A stretch of DNA of 63,221 bases, the filler included, from an uncultured bacterium (GTDB lineage: Bacteria; JAGOEH01): NCBI GenBank assembly GCA_964632485.1. It is 4 parts of 4 records of this genome, joined end to end, with 100 filler letters (N's around TTAATTAATTAA, not from the genome) between each part and the next. Parts side by side here need not be neighbours in the genome. Positions count along the whole stretch, not along the records: positions 17,284 to 34,047 come from CAZWDO010000041.1; 3 more parts are not named here. One strand, 5' to 3'. A program made the position numbers and the translations under genes. Below the pieces are notes generated by a model. It ran no database searches and had not been told where the DNA came from. It worked only from the letters and a program-made list of their open reading frames with translations. Below are positions 19,561 through 29,312 of this stretch, one piece after another; the first letter of the stretch is position 1, and each line of letters opens with the position of its first letter.

Positions 19561-19610
19561 GTGGGGAATTGACTTGACCCATGGGTGGGGAATTCTAGTG
19601 GTCCCTTGCA
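19561..19610. mobile_element. Orphan IS21-family-like terminal repeat
   Basis: Reverse complement TGCAAGGGACCACTAGAATTCCCCACCCATGGGTCAAGTCAATTCCCCAC: TG end with two AATTCCCCAC boxes; related copy at 52412-52450. Confidence 0.6.
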
Positions 19611-19628
19611 TGATCCTTTGCATTTCGG

Positions 19629-19664
19629 TGGGGCGAAACCGTACAAATAGATGGTTTCGCCCCA
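19629..19664 (-). terminator. Hairpin downstream of the OmpA-CARDB gene
   Basis: TGGGGCGAAACC-12 nt-GGTTTCGCCCCA perfect 12-bp stem, no clear U tract. Confidence 0.55.
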
Positions 19665-19682
19665 TCTCGAAAATTTTCAGGA

Positions 19683-22600
19683 TTAATCGTTTCCGTAATC
19701 GATGATGATCACAACGCTCCGTGTCATGGCGCGCAACCAGGGAAATGCTTTCTCCGAATCCTGGTACAATTGATAATAGGAGAGCTTCGCGGCTTGTCCC
19801 AGATCAATCGATAAAAGCCTGGAAAGTGACTCTCGGGTTTCATAATCTAACAAATGAGCATAAATACTATGATTGCAGTCGAATCGGTTTTCATCGCCGA
19901 ATGGAAAGGCAACACTATGCTTAAAGGCTAACTGTTTTGTCAGCAGATAATCCCTGGCGTCGGCGATGCGGCGTTTGGCGAGCGCCTGATTGTATTCCCG
20001 GGTTCCGCAATAGCTGGCGCGGCCATCCACGCTCACCCGTGCCGATGGATCGGCCAGTCGGGTCCGTATCCGTTCGAGTTTGTATCCGCTGATCCAATCT
20101 GAATCCCAGAAATACACGGCGGTGGCTTTATCTCCGGGCCGTAGGGGAGGGCGGTCATACTGGAAAACCTTGGCAAAATAGATTTCGTGGCCTTTTTTTT
20201 GATGTTTGACCCGGAAAGTTCCTTTCTGGATATCCTGATTATCGCAGGCGCTAACGGCCGTAAGCGTATAATAATAGGTTGTGTCCAGTAAAAGAAGCTG
20301 ATCGGGATCGACTGGAAATTCAATTTCAGCAACAAATTTTGATTTAATAAGGGGCATGTCCTTGTTTTTCGTAACTAAAACGTTCCCCTTTTTATCCCGA
20401 ATTTCAAGATTTAAAGAAACAGATTCGTAACCGCCCATGCCGTTAACCCGAAAGACGAGCCAAGGAGAATCATAGCGCTTGCATCCCTCTTCGCAATTCG
20501 ATGGCAAACGATAGGGAACGAATAGTTCCTTGGTATCGGAATGAATTTCAACCCGCCGGTTTTCAAAAAGCTCAATGGCATCGGATTTATGATTGGGATC
20601 GAAATTGATCGTCATCAGCACATCATGAGCGGTATCGATAGTGATCCGATCCGCAGGAATGCTCAATTCACGGATCATATAGTCACGGGCGTTTTGCGCG
20701 CGTTGCCATGCGCCCTGACGCGCTGCCTTCGATTTAACCTGATTATCGATGGAAAACTTGTATTGGATATTGAATCCTTGCTCTTGCCGTAATTCCGACA
20801 ATTTGGCGTCTATTTCCTTTTTTAGATTATGCTCGATATCCGATTTTGGATCCAGAAATCCCCATACGGATATTTTCGCTTCAGGGAAACAGGTTTTCAT
20901 CCTGTTGAGCAAAGTATCGATACCGACGGTATCATAGGTAGCTGGTTTCTGGTTGGGGCGGATTTCGAGCGCCAGGGCCGATGGTTCGCAGAATCCTTCC
21001 ATATCCATCGGCTGATAAAAGAACATAGGGATTATCGGCGCTTCTTCGTAATAGAAACTGTCGATTAAGGTCAGTGGCTTGGCATTCACTGACAGAATTT
21101 TTACGGAAGGAATAAGCTTTACGGCATGAAAATCGTCATTGTTCATTTCATGGCAGCGGCAATTCGTTTCACAGTCGCCCGTGCAGCCATTGCGCTTGAT
21201 ATCGTTAAAATCTCCGACTTCATCGACTTCATTGTTATAATCGACAAACGACCATAGCTCCCGGACGCCGTCGCGGGCATACCACCGCATAACATATTCC
21301 TTGCTTTCTCCGGGTTTGAATCGATACGCAATGGTTTTTGTTGCTACCGGGAGAATAGCCGGTATCATGCCGTTTCGAGATGGTTTCACCCGATATTTCT
21401 GATAGATATTGTTTTCAAACAAACCCAACTTGAATGGCGCACCGTCTGAAGTTAATTCTGAACTATTGGTGACCACCAGTGTAATATCATACGATTTTTT
21501 TTCAACAAAGCCCCAAACCGACCGGGAGTCCGATTCGATTTCACAGGGTTGGCACCGGATGGCCACCTTGAAATCCGGAGGACAATCGCATGGAACAGCA
21601 GGCGGTCGCTCTTCATGCCGAACTCGTACCTGTGTTTGGGCCATATTGTCATTTTCATTCGTTTCTCGAACAGTGTTTTTAATATCGACACGCGTCTCAA
21701 TCAAAAATTCACCGCTGTTTACCGAAGAGAAGCGCCCCCATTGGAAACTGGATTGTTCACCTTTTTTCAATCCTGACAATTTTTTTTGGAGCGATTCCGT
21801 TCCGGGGATGGAAAGGCTAATATCAAAAGCGCCTGCATCACACCCTCCCTCATTTTTAATAGTAATGGTAAATGTTGTAGAACTGGGTTGTTTTTGGCTG
21901 CTGATGGTCCATAATTCGCGATATTCGGGATCGATTGCGATGGTCAGGTTGGTTAAATTTTGCTGAAGCATGCATTCCGAAGTCGCTTTATTGTTGTTTT
22001 CATCGCGTTCGGTTATGCGGTTTTGATAATCGACTATCGCCAGATATTGTGGCTGCATGCTGGCGGTATTTCCCTGCCAGGAAACCGGAACTAGCTGTGT
22101 TTGAAACCGAAAGCTACGGTCTTTGAAATCACTGAATCTGACCCGATGTACATAGACGGGTTTTGTCGTATCGGGCAACAGGAAAAAAGTTACGTCAAAT
22201 GACTGATGCATAAGCGAATCTGTCTTTTCCTGCCTGAGATGGGCGCTGTCGATGACGACCTCGACGTCCAGCGGAATGCGTTCGGGTATTGCCTCGGGCC
22301 AACATGAAAGGAAATTATCGCAGTTGATCGATACCTTCAAATCTGGATGCCGTTCGAGCACCCGAATTTTAGAATAGACCTGATTGTTGATTGTATCCAT
22401 CGCGCCGCCTTCATAATAGAAGCTTTCCTCCAAATCGATCTTGGCTGAAACGATCAGATCACATGAATCCTGAGGCTTTGTCCATTGAATTGGAAAAGAA
22501 AGCGATGACCAAGGAATCTCAAAGCGGACCGGAGATTGCTTTCGGGTTACTTTGAACAAATCCTTGACTATAAGCATGCTGTCTATGATTGTGATCGCTG

Positions 22601-22826
22601 AATCAGCAATATTTAACTGCTTCATTTTAATCTGAAGCCGTACATGGCCCTCTTCCCGTCTGGTGGTGGTAAATAGTGGATTGACCGACAATTCATATTT
22701 TAATATCACAGAATCCCCATACCATATCCGATAATCAAGCGGTAACTCAGTTGAATCGATTTGCGCCGTCAGGTGATTCAACCCAGTGAGTATCAGGATG
22801 AAGACGAATCGTATCGTAGTTTTCAT
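19683..22826 (-). CDS. Exported CARDB-repeat protein with OmpA-like C-terminal region(s)
   Basis: Signal peptide MKTTIRFVFIL; CARDB signatures (IVDYQNRITERDENNN, VDIKNTVRETNENDN, VDYNNEVDE); OmpA-like VDGRASYCGTREYNQALAKRR. Confidence 0.75.
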   Translation of the reverse strand: MKTTIRFVFILILTGLNHLTAQIDSTELPLDYRIWYGDSVILKYELSVNPLFTTTRREEGHVRLQIKMKQLNIADSAITIIDSMLIVKDLFKVTRKQSPVRFEIPWSSLSFPIQWTKPQDSCDLIVSAKIDLEESFYYEGGAMDTINNQVYSKIRVLERHPDLKVSINCDNFLSCWPEAIPERIPLDVEVVIDSAHLRQEKTDSLMHQSFDVTFFLLPDTTKPVYVHRVRFSDFKDRSFRFQTQLVPVSWQGNTASMQPQYLAIVDYQNRITERDENNNKATSECMLQQNLTNLTIAIDPEYRELWTISSQKQPSSTTFTITIKNEGGCDAGAFDISLSIPGTESLQKKLSGLKKGEQSSFQWGRFSSVNSGEFLIETRVDIKNTVRETNENDNMAQTQVRVRHEERPPAVPCDCPPDFKVAIRCQPCEIESDSRSVWGFVEKKSYDITLVVTNSSELTSDGAPFKLGLFENNIYQKYRVKPSRNGMIPAILPVATKTIAYRFKPGESKEYVMRWYARDGVRELWSFVDYNNEVDEVGDFNDIKRNGCTGDCETNCRCHEMNNDDFHAVKLIPSVKILSVNAKPLTLIDSFYYEEAPIIPMFFYQPMDMEGFCEPSALALEIRPNQKPATYDTVGIDTLLNRMKTCFPEAKISVWGFLDPKSDIEHNLKKEIDAKLSELRQEQGFNIQYKFSIDNQVKSKAARQGAWQRAQNARDYMIRELSIPADRITIDTAHDVLMTINFDPNHKSDAIELFENRRVEIHSDTKELFVPYRLPSNCEEGCKRYDSPWLVFRVNGMGGYESVSLNLEIRDKKGNVLVTKNKDMPLIKSKFVAEIEFPVDPDQLLLLDTTYYYTLTAVSACDNQDIQKGTFRVKHQKKGHEIYFAKVFQYDRPPLRPGDKATAVYFWDSDWISGYKLERIRTRLADPSARVSVDGRASYCGTREYNQALAKRRIADARDYLLTKQLAFKHSVAFPFGDENRFDCNHSIYAHLLDYETRESLSRLLSIDLGQAAKLSYYQLYQDSEKAFPWLRAMTRSVVIIIDYGND

Positions 22827-22839
22827 AGTAACCTCTGCT

Positions 22840-23979
22840 TTATTTATATTTGTTGATTTTGACATCCAGCTTTTCACAGGGTCGTCGTTGGATCGATATT
22901 GAAAAATAAAAATTATTGATATCGCTGATGATTTGGCGCGGATCGCCATAGAAACCGTCGAATTTCAATATCCAGTTATCCAATTTGAACGCCGATGGTA
23001 AGTTGAAGTTGAAGCCGAAACCGTAGGTGAGCCATTTTAGTTGAGAGCTGGCCGGGTTTTCGCCTACCATTCCCGCGCGCAGGTAAAATCCATCAAATAA
23101 ACGTAGGATATGCAATGGACCGCTTAGATCCATTTCCAGTCCCAAGTGAAAATAATCGTCAATTTCATGGTTGATTTTCTCTGAAAAATATTCGTAATCA
23201 TAAGCAAGCAACAGCAGGGCGCGGTCATGGTCTTCAAACAACGGACAGGAGAACCCGGCTTGAATTGAGGCCGGGAGTTTACCGAATGGTGTATCCTGAA
23301 ATGCCATATTGGGTTCGATCAAATTGCGGGCGATCACTCCCAGTCGGAGTTGACGGATGCGTCCAAATAATCCGGCGTTTATCGTCAGCGCCGAGGTTGA
23401 TCCAATCCCGCTCAGGATAGGATCCCCTTCTTCCACGCCGAAGAAATTCCCTGGTGAATATCCAAAACGGATATATTTGACGACGATTCCCAGACTCAAG
23501 GCATTGCGGCTATAGTTGGTATGACTGCATAATGAAGAATCGATTCCATGCTCGATGATACGTAACGACATACCAGCCAATACGATCAATTGGTTGAATA
23601 CATCCGAACCGAGATAATTGATCCCCGCGCCGACCGATAATCGTGGCATACCGAACACGGGTTTTTGACCGGGAGATACACTGGCAAATGAATTTTTCTT
23701 GTGAATAGCAATGGGTTTTAAAAAATCGATACCGAACTGATAGACATTGTCATGCGAAATATGGTCAAAAAGTTTGCGATACTTCAGTACGCCCACTTCC
23801 AGTCCGGTGGCATTGCTCAATCCGGCCGGATTCCACTCGAGCGCATTCAAATCATCGGCAACGCCCACAAAAGCGCCGCCCATTGCGGCTGGTCTGGCGC
23901 TCAAATCGATGCGGTCCGAGCTATAGTGAACCGCAGACGCTAAAACCACCCATATAAGTGTAAAAATAGTGATTTTCAT
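22840..23979 (-). CDS. PorV/PorQ/PorP-like outer membrane beta-barrel (T9SS-associated)
   Basis: Signal peptide; SARPAAMGGAFVGVADDLNALEWNPAGL hatch motif; alternating beta-strands. Confidence 0.8.
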   Translation of the reverse strand: MKITIFTLIWVVLASAVHYSSDRIDLSARPAAMGGAFVGVADDLNALEWNPAGLSNATGLEVGVLKYRKLFDHISHDNVYQFGIDFLKPIAIHKKNSFASVSPGQKPVFGMPRLSVGAGINYLGSDVFNQLIVLAGMSLRIIEHGIDSSLCSHTNYSRNALSLGIVVKYIRFGYSPGNFFGVEEGDPILSGIGSTSALTINAGLFGRIRQLRLGVIARNLIEPNMAFQDTPFGKLPASIQAGFSCPLFEDHDRALLLLAYDYEYFSEKINHEIDDYFHLGLEMDLSGPLHILRLFDGFYLRAGMVGENPASSQLKWLTYGFGFNFNLPSAFKLDNWILKFDGFYGDPRQIISDINNFYFSISIQRRPCEKLDVKINKYK

Positions 23980-24006
23980 AATTATGCTCCCTTGAAATCC
24001 TGAATG

Positions 24007-26643
24007 TTAGCGTACCAGGGTAACGGTTCCATTGCAGCGAACCAGGTTGTTCTCGATGATTTCCCATACATAGAGTCCCGGGGGCATGGGCCGTCCGTTA
24101 TCGTCCATCCCATCCCATTTTTTTTCAAGATCGCTCATGGGCAGGCTTCTTACCCTCGTGCCACGGATATCGTAAATATAAATAGTAGTATTGAGGCGCG
24201 GGTAGAACCAGGTATAGTCATTTTTAGTATCGTCATTGGGAGTGAATGGATTGGGGACGGCCCGACAATCGTTAAGCACCAGGCACGAAGTCGTATCCGT
24301 TTTGCTGATGACGGTATCAGTATAGATAACAGTAGCGGATACATGGCATACAACTCGTTCGCCATATCGATATAGGGTCTGATCCAGCGGGAGGCGATAG
24401 GAAAACTGACCGTCAACCTGTCGTCCGCGATCGGCCTGGCGGATAAAAGTATTGGTATCGGGAATCTCGCCGAATCCGAATGAAGCATAGGGCGGATCAA
24501 AAACCATACTGTTGATTTGGTCCGCGCTTTTCACCGGCAGGGAATCGATTACTGTTACCGATTGGATATTGGCGACAGCGCCTGATAGATTTCTGATTTC
24601 CACTGTAAACCGGGCAGTATCGCCGACCGCGTACGCGCTTTGTTCGCAATGCTTTTCAATCGAGAAATCGGGTACATTGCAGATTTCAAAACGAATATAG
24701 CTTGAATCATTGGTGGGATTGGAATCGGTCACCTCCATACAGTTCCCGTTCTCTTCGTAGAAGAGTTCTGGCATTACCGCCAGCTCAATTAGTTGCTGCA
24801 ATTCACTGCCACAGTTTCCATTGAACAGGAATTGCGCTGAATGCTGTTGGTCTGAGTTGCTTCCCTTCCAATAATACCAGATATCGTCGTTGAATCCGGG
24901 TACTGAGTCGCGCACAAAATGATCAATCAGACTCAGACAGGATGGAAGTAAAATGGAAATCCAAACGCTGCATACCTCTGCCGTTGAGCTGTTTAGCTGA
25001 TAATTAAGCTGCAGCGTGTCTCCCACTCCATAGCATTCCCGATCGAAGGAGAGTTCGCTGAATGATAAATCCACTTCTCTCGGCAGCATGGGACTTAAAA
25101 TTTTTGCTTGCTGATAATTATTGGAATCAGGATCGACAATCAGGCACCCCAGTGAATCGCGATAGACATTGGCAGGCGCAATTCTCATAACATCCATAGT
25201 ATCGTTCCCGATCGAGCCGCCAAATGAATTAAACGTGGTATAAAAAACGATGGAATCCTGAAAATCAGCGCTATCGATCAAAAAAGTCCAATTCAGGGCA
25301 GTTCCGTTCCAAACAGCGCTCAATTGAGCCTGAGGTTCAGGGATTTTTGGGTATTCCTGGTAGGCAAATTGGAGATAACGGGGTAACGTATCCACAATGC
25401 TGAACCGTGGATTGAGAGGCGTCCACGGATAGCGTTTGCCGTAGAGGATCGTATGTTTCAGGGTATCGCCATGGTGATGGCAGACGGCTGCGCTGTCCAG
25501 TTTCTGAATATTAAAATCGCTGATATAATAATCGAGCGAATCATTCGATATAATAATCACTGCGGAATCACAATCATCCCAATTGGGATTGGAAAAGGCG
25601 CAATCCGTTCCAATCACCTGAATTTGATCCGGGGCGCAAAACTTGACGATGCTCTGGTTTTGCCGCAATCCTTCCAATGGAATGAGAAGCTCCAAACTGT
25701 CATATATCGTATGGTTGGAAATCGGACCGATTTGAAATGGAGCCTGATAAAGGATGCTATCGATTCGGGAACCTTGAAGTGTGATTTCATCCAGGTTTCC
25801 AGGACGGGAATTTCCGATTTTTCTCAATACCATATCTTCCTTGTAATCATTAAGTATGAGCCCATTGGCGGATTTGCCATAATAGTAAAGCATGGAGTCA
25901 TTTACCAGCAGATTCCCGTTGATATATCTATCGTTGACATTTGGGAAATAGGGGTAACAGAAGAGATTGAACATGATGCCGGTATATTGCATGGTTGTAT
26001 CGGAGTTGTTGAAATAGGTGAAATGGTAGAAGACCCGTACCGGGATATAATCGGTGTAATCGCATGGATCCCCGGTTTGTTTGACGGAATCGATGACCAT
26101 TTTGATGCTGTCCCGAGTGATCAAACCATTGAAGGATGGATTTTTGTAATAGGGATTGTCCGGGTTGCTATTGTCATAGATATAAAACAACCGTACTGAC
26201 CGTCCCTCGCAGACATTGTTAATTTGCGTGCCATCCTTGACATGCATTGAAACTCGAATGAGCCCCTCTTCGTTGATATTTGTAATTTTAAAATTATCAA
26301 AGCGAATCTCCAGATCGTTTTTTACCCTTAATGAATCGTATCCTCCGCTGATATTTGAAATCGCTTCAATGGTAACATCAGCGGGGTCCGGCATCCATAT
26401 CCGAAGCAGGGCTGATTCGTTAACACTGGGCTTGAATATTTTTAATGTCAGTGTGATCTTGTCTCCGGGGACAGCAGACCAATCATCAGCCGGGATTTCG
26501 GGATTTAGCGTTATTAACTGTCCGCCATTTACTTGAAGCAGAGCTTCAAACCGTTCAATCGTGCCCACCGGTTCCGCATGAATGATCGACCATGCGAAGA
26601 ATACCATGCCAACCATAAACAACTGTAATAGTTTCAGCGACAT
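24007..26643 (-). CDS. DUF11-repeat surface protein with type B (gliding-motility, CHU_C) T9SS C-terminal domain
   Basis: Signal peptide; VGDTARFTVEIRN..VTVIDSLP and IVDTLP DUF11-like repeats; CTD VPNPFTPNDDTKNDY..IYDIRG..WDG..PPGLYVW..GTVTLVR. Confidence 0.85.
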   Translation of the reverse strand: MSLKLLQLFMVGMVFFAWSIIHAEPVGTIERFEALLQVNGGQLITLNPEIPADDWSAVPGDKITLTLKIFKPSVNESALLRIWMPDPADVTIEAISNISGGYDSLRVKNDLEIRFDNFKITNINEEGLIRVSMHVKDGTQINNVCEGRSVRLFYIYDNSNPDNPYYKNPSFNGLITRDSIKMVIDSVKQTGDPCDYTDYIPVRVFYHFTYFNNSDTTMQYTGIMFNLFCYPYFPNVNDRYINGNLLVNDSMLYYYGKSANGLILNDYKEDMVLRKIGNSRPGNLDEITLQGSRIDSILYQAPFQIGPISNHTIYDSLELLIPLEGLRQNQSIVKFCAPDQIQVIGTDCAFSNPNWDDCDSAVIIISNDSLDYYISDFNIQKLDSAAVCHHHGDTLKHTILYGKRYPWTPLNPRFSIVDTLPRYLQFAYQEYPKIPEPQAQLSAVWNGTALNWTFLIDSADFQDSIVFYTTFNSFGGSIGNDTMDVMRIAPANVYRDSLGCLIVDPDSNNYQQAKILSPMLPREVDLSFSELSFDRECYGVGDTLQLNYQLNSSTAEVCSVWISILLPSCLSLIDHFVRDSVPGFNDDIWYYWKGSNSDQQHSAQFLFNGNCGSELQQLIELAVMPELFYEENGNCMEVTDSNPTNDSSYIRFEICNVPDFSIEKHCEQSAYAVGDTARFTVEIRNLSGAVANIQSVTVIDSLPVKSADQINSMVFDPPYASFGFGEIPDTNTFIRQADRGRQVDGQFSYRLPLDQTLYRYGERVVCHVSATVIYTDTVISKTDTTSCLVLNDCRAVPNPFTPNDDTKNDYTWFYPRLNTTIYIYDIRGTRVRSLPMSDLEKKWDGMDDNGRPMPPGLYVWEIIENNLVRCNGTVTLVR

Positions 26644-26801
26644 CCATAACTCCTTCTTTGTATGATTTCGCCAGTTAACAGTATAATTCAACACAAAAAT
26701 AATTATAACTGACAATTATTAATGCATCAAACCATCAATGAATCTGCTTTTAATTATTTCTTCCATTCTGAAGCGCTCATCTAAAGCAAATCTTTCACTA
26801 T

Positions 26802-27422
26802 TCAGATAAATTTAATTAAATCTTCCCTCCTTACTATTTTTTTCCTAAAATAGAAATTAAAATTGTCCCACGGACCAGATTCGGTATTGTTAACTTTCAA
26901 ATCGAACTGTTTTTCGTGTATATTGTATGTTACCAATGTCAATACCGGCTGAACTTCTGTTCTGCGATCATTCAATAAACCCGACAGCGGGAAATCCATT
27001 TTAGCGCTTGCCACATAAACGGTCTGCTTGTCATCCGAAAACACGGATGTGGAATCAATCCCATCAAGCATAGTGTTGGTTCCCATAAAACCATCAACGG
27101 ATTTCAGGTCGTACTCACCCACCAATTGTATAAGCAGGGCTTCTTTTTCGCTCAGTTGACGAGTGGGTTGTCCGCTGCAGAGAACGATTATTGAAATCAG
27201 AGTGATCAGTGGATAGATTTTCAGAATATGAGATAATGAAAATGACAACTTATGTTCTGTTGATATTAAATTTATAAATATGGCAAATTTGTATAGCCAT
27301 TGTATGATTAACAGGCTTTTGATATAATTCAGCCAAGATGTCTCAAAATAAAAATTAGATTCAGAATTACCTGAATACCTCGCCGACCCCATGCTTCCTC
27401 CCGTAAACCATCCAAATTCCAC
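26802..27422 (-). CDS. Hypothetical protein, possibly decayed
   Basis: 206-aa ORF with an internal signal-like segment; no recognisable family. Confidence 0.3.
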   Translation of the reverse strand: MEFGWFTGGSMGSARYSGNSESNFYFETSWLNYIKSLLIIQWLYKFAIFINLISTEHKLSFSLSHILKIYPLITLISIIVLCSGQPTRQLSEKEALLIQLVGEYDLKSVDGFMGTNTMLDGIDSTSVFSDDKQTVYVASAKMDFPLSGLLNDRRTEVQPVLTLVTYNIHEKQFDLKVNNTESGPWDNFNFYFRKKIVRREDLIKFI

Positions 27423-27682
27423 TACCGTTGGTCATTCACATTCCTTTCCCTTACGTTTTTCTCCACAGACCACATTGAGACCATTATAATATTAAGAATT
27501 CAAATTGTCAAGGAAAAAATCATGAAAGAAGAAAAAATGGGGAAAGAGTGAGGATGGATTGAATCAATAATCAATGTCATTATTTGCCCGCAACGATGCC
27601 CGGGATATGCCCCCGATTATTGGAATAATATAAGTGTGAACTGCGCACTTGTCATGCCAAATTTCCCTAAGGTGGAGAAGCT

Positions 27683-28552
27683 GTGGAATTGTTCTTCGAT
27701 ATTCTGGAAAAGCAACCGTACAAGATCACCGAGAAGACCAAGAAAATTCGCCCCAACTATGTCCGCGATCATCGCAACAGCCCCAAGAATTTGATGAAGC
27801 GATTTGCTAAAAAGCATATTAGCCAAATCAAAAAAGACGACATCCTCGACTATGTATACCAACGCCGATTGAATCGTACTCAATCCACCGTCAACAAGGA
27901 AGTGATTTTTCTCAAGCTGCTTTGGAAACTGCTTATTCGGGAAGGCTATCTGCAGGAGAATCTTATGGATCAGATTAAGCTACCAAAACCGGACAATAAG
28001 CGAGCTGTCGTCTTCACTAAAGCCGAGTATAATCTCATGTTGGAAAATTGTACCGATGAAAAAGCCCATCTCAGGCCGATTCTCATCATGGCGGCTCTGA
28101 CCGGGATGCGCAAGAGCGAGCTGTTGACCCTGCGATACGACCAGCTTGATTTCGTCCGCAATATTGCGCATTTGACCGAGACCAAAAGCGGCGTGGCGCA
28201 GGACGTTCATTTATGCGATGCCGCGGTTGAAGAATTGACGCGAATGAAATTAAAATCTCGTGATAAAAAGGGGTATGTCTTCCTGTATCGCGGCCAGCCG
28301 ATTAAAGACATCAAGACCTCGTTTCGAAAACTCTTGAAGGAATGCGGATTGAACGGCAAAGGCTATCGCTTCCATGATTCCCGCAGTTTTTTCTGTACAG
28401 AATTGATTAAGAGTGGAGCTAATGTTGAAGCGGTTCGCAATCTGGCCCGGCATAAAGACGTCAATACCACCATGCGCTATGTGCGGATGACCGAATCCGA
28501 TCTGAACAATACAGTCAATGCGATGAATGGTATTTTAAACATCAAACGCTAA
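27683..28552 (+). CDS. Tyrosine recombinase / phage integrase, possibly N-terminally truncated
   Basis: TGMRKSEL (R), ETKSG (K), FHDSR (HxxR), ARHKDVNTTMRY (H, Y); in-frame TAA five codons upstream of the GTG start. Confidence 0.92.
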   Translation: MELFFDILEKQPYKITEKTKKIRPNYVRDHRNSPKNLMKRFAKKHISQIKKDDILDYVYQRRLNRTQSTVNKEVIFLKLLWKLLIREGYLQENLMDQIKLPKPDNKRAVVFTKAEYNLMLENCTDEKAHLRPILIMAALTGMRKSELLTLRYDQLDFVRNIAHLTETKSGVAQDVHLCDAAVEELTRMKLKSRDKKGYVFLYRGQPIKDIKTSFRKLLKECGLNGKGYRFHDSRSFFCTELIKSGANVEAVRNLARHKDVNTTMRYVRMTESDLNNTVNAMNGILNIKR

Positions 28553-28570
28553 ATCCTGTTGATAATGAAA

Positions 28571-28599
28571 GTCATAGGAGGTAAAATGCCTCCTATGAC
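28571..28599 (+). terminator. Hairpin after the integrase
   Basis: GTCATAGGAGG-7 nt-CCTCCTATGAC perfect 11-bp stem. Confidence 0.7.
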
Positions 28600-28834
28600 A
28601 ATATTTTATCTATTTATTGCTTGGAATCAAGCTTTAATCCCCAAAAAATCCCCATTGGCATTGGTACAGTTGGCATAATTGGTTATGGAAAATCTGGCTT
28701 AACTCGTTTCAATCCAATGAGAAAAGCCTGATTTCGACAGGATTTCACCCAATCGGGCTAAAAGCTGACAAAACGATTATTCCTTTGCAAGCATCAAGTT
28801 AGTAAGTGATTGTCGCAGATTTGGTTATGTGAAA

Positions 28835-28881
28835 AGCCGAGAATCGGATTTGAACCGACGACCTGCTGATTATGAATCAGC
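28835..28881 (-). mobile_element. att site: 3' half of a tRNA (Thr-type body)
   Basis: Minus strand GCTGA-TTCATAA-TCAGC AGGTC GTCGG-TTCAAAT-CCGAT TCTCGGC T: anticodon arm, T-arm and 3' acceptor strand, with no D-arm or 5' strand. Confidence 0.85.
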
Positions 28882-29255
28882 ATAGTTTATAGTATATTAT
28901 CTATCGTAACATGTTATTTTACAATTGATTACGATTTATTCTTAATATGTTTGTAACAACAGGTAAAAACTCATTATTTCTTGACAAAATAGTCTTAACT
29001 ATATATAAATCATAATATTATGTAGTTTACATATTTTCCGCTATTTCCGTATAGTATGGTCAATATATGGTCAATTAATTGCTTGTTATGTGGTATTTTT
29101 TAATGATGGAATTGTGTTGCTTTTCTACTTCATTGATGCGATTGCTCTCTGAAAATCTAAGTTGCCTATACTATAGTTCTATAAAGTTATTTATAACTCG
29201 GTGTATAATTTGTTGACGGGATGATTTTATAGTGTAGGGGAGGAGTGATTTAAAT

Positions 29256-29289
29256 AAAAAAAGGCTGGTGAGCTATCCCCACCAGCCTT
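29256..29289 (-). terminator. Intrinsic terminator ending the element operon
   Basis: AAGGCTGGTG..CACCAGCCTT stem followed by a T run on the minus strand. Confidence 0.8.
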
Positions 29290-29312
29290 CAATATATCGG
29301 TCTTTTAGTCGT

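Noticed and set aside
25453..26199. 248-aa plus-strand ORF
   Set aside because: Antisense to the CTD-bearing surface protein.
27451..27471. TCTGTGGAGAAAAACGTAA (minus strand) similar to TCTGTGGAAAAAATCGTAA near 58487
   Set aside because: Short, A-rich and imperfect; could be an IS-end scar but not supportable.
28835..28881. Functional tRNA-Met/Ile2 gene
   Set aside because: D-arm and 5' acceptor strand are absent; treated as an att fragment.
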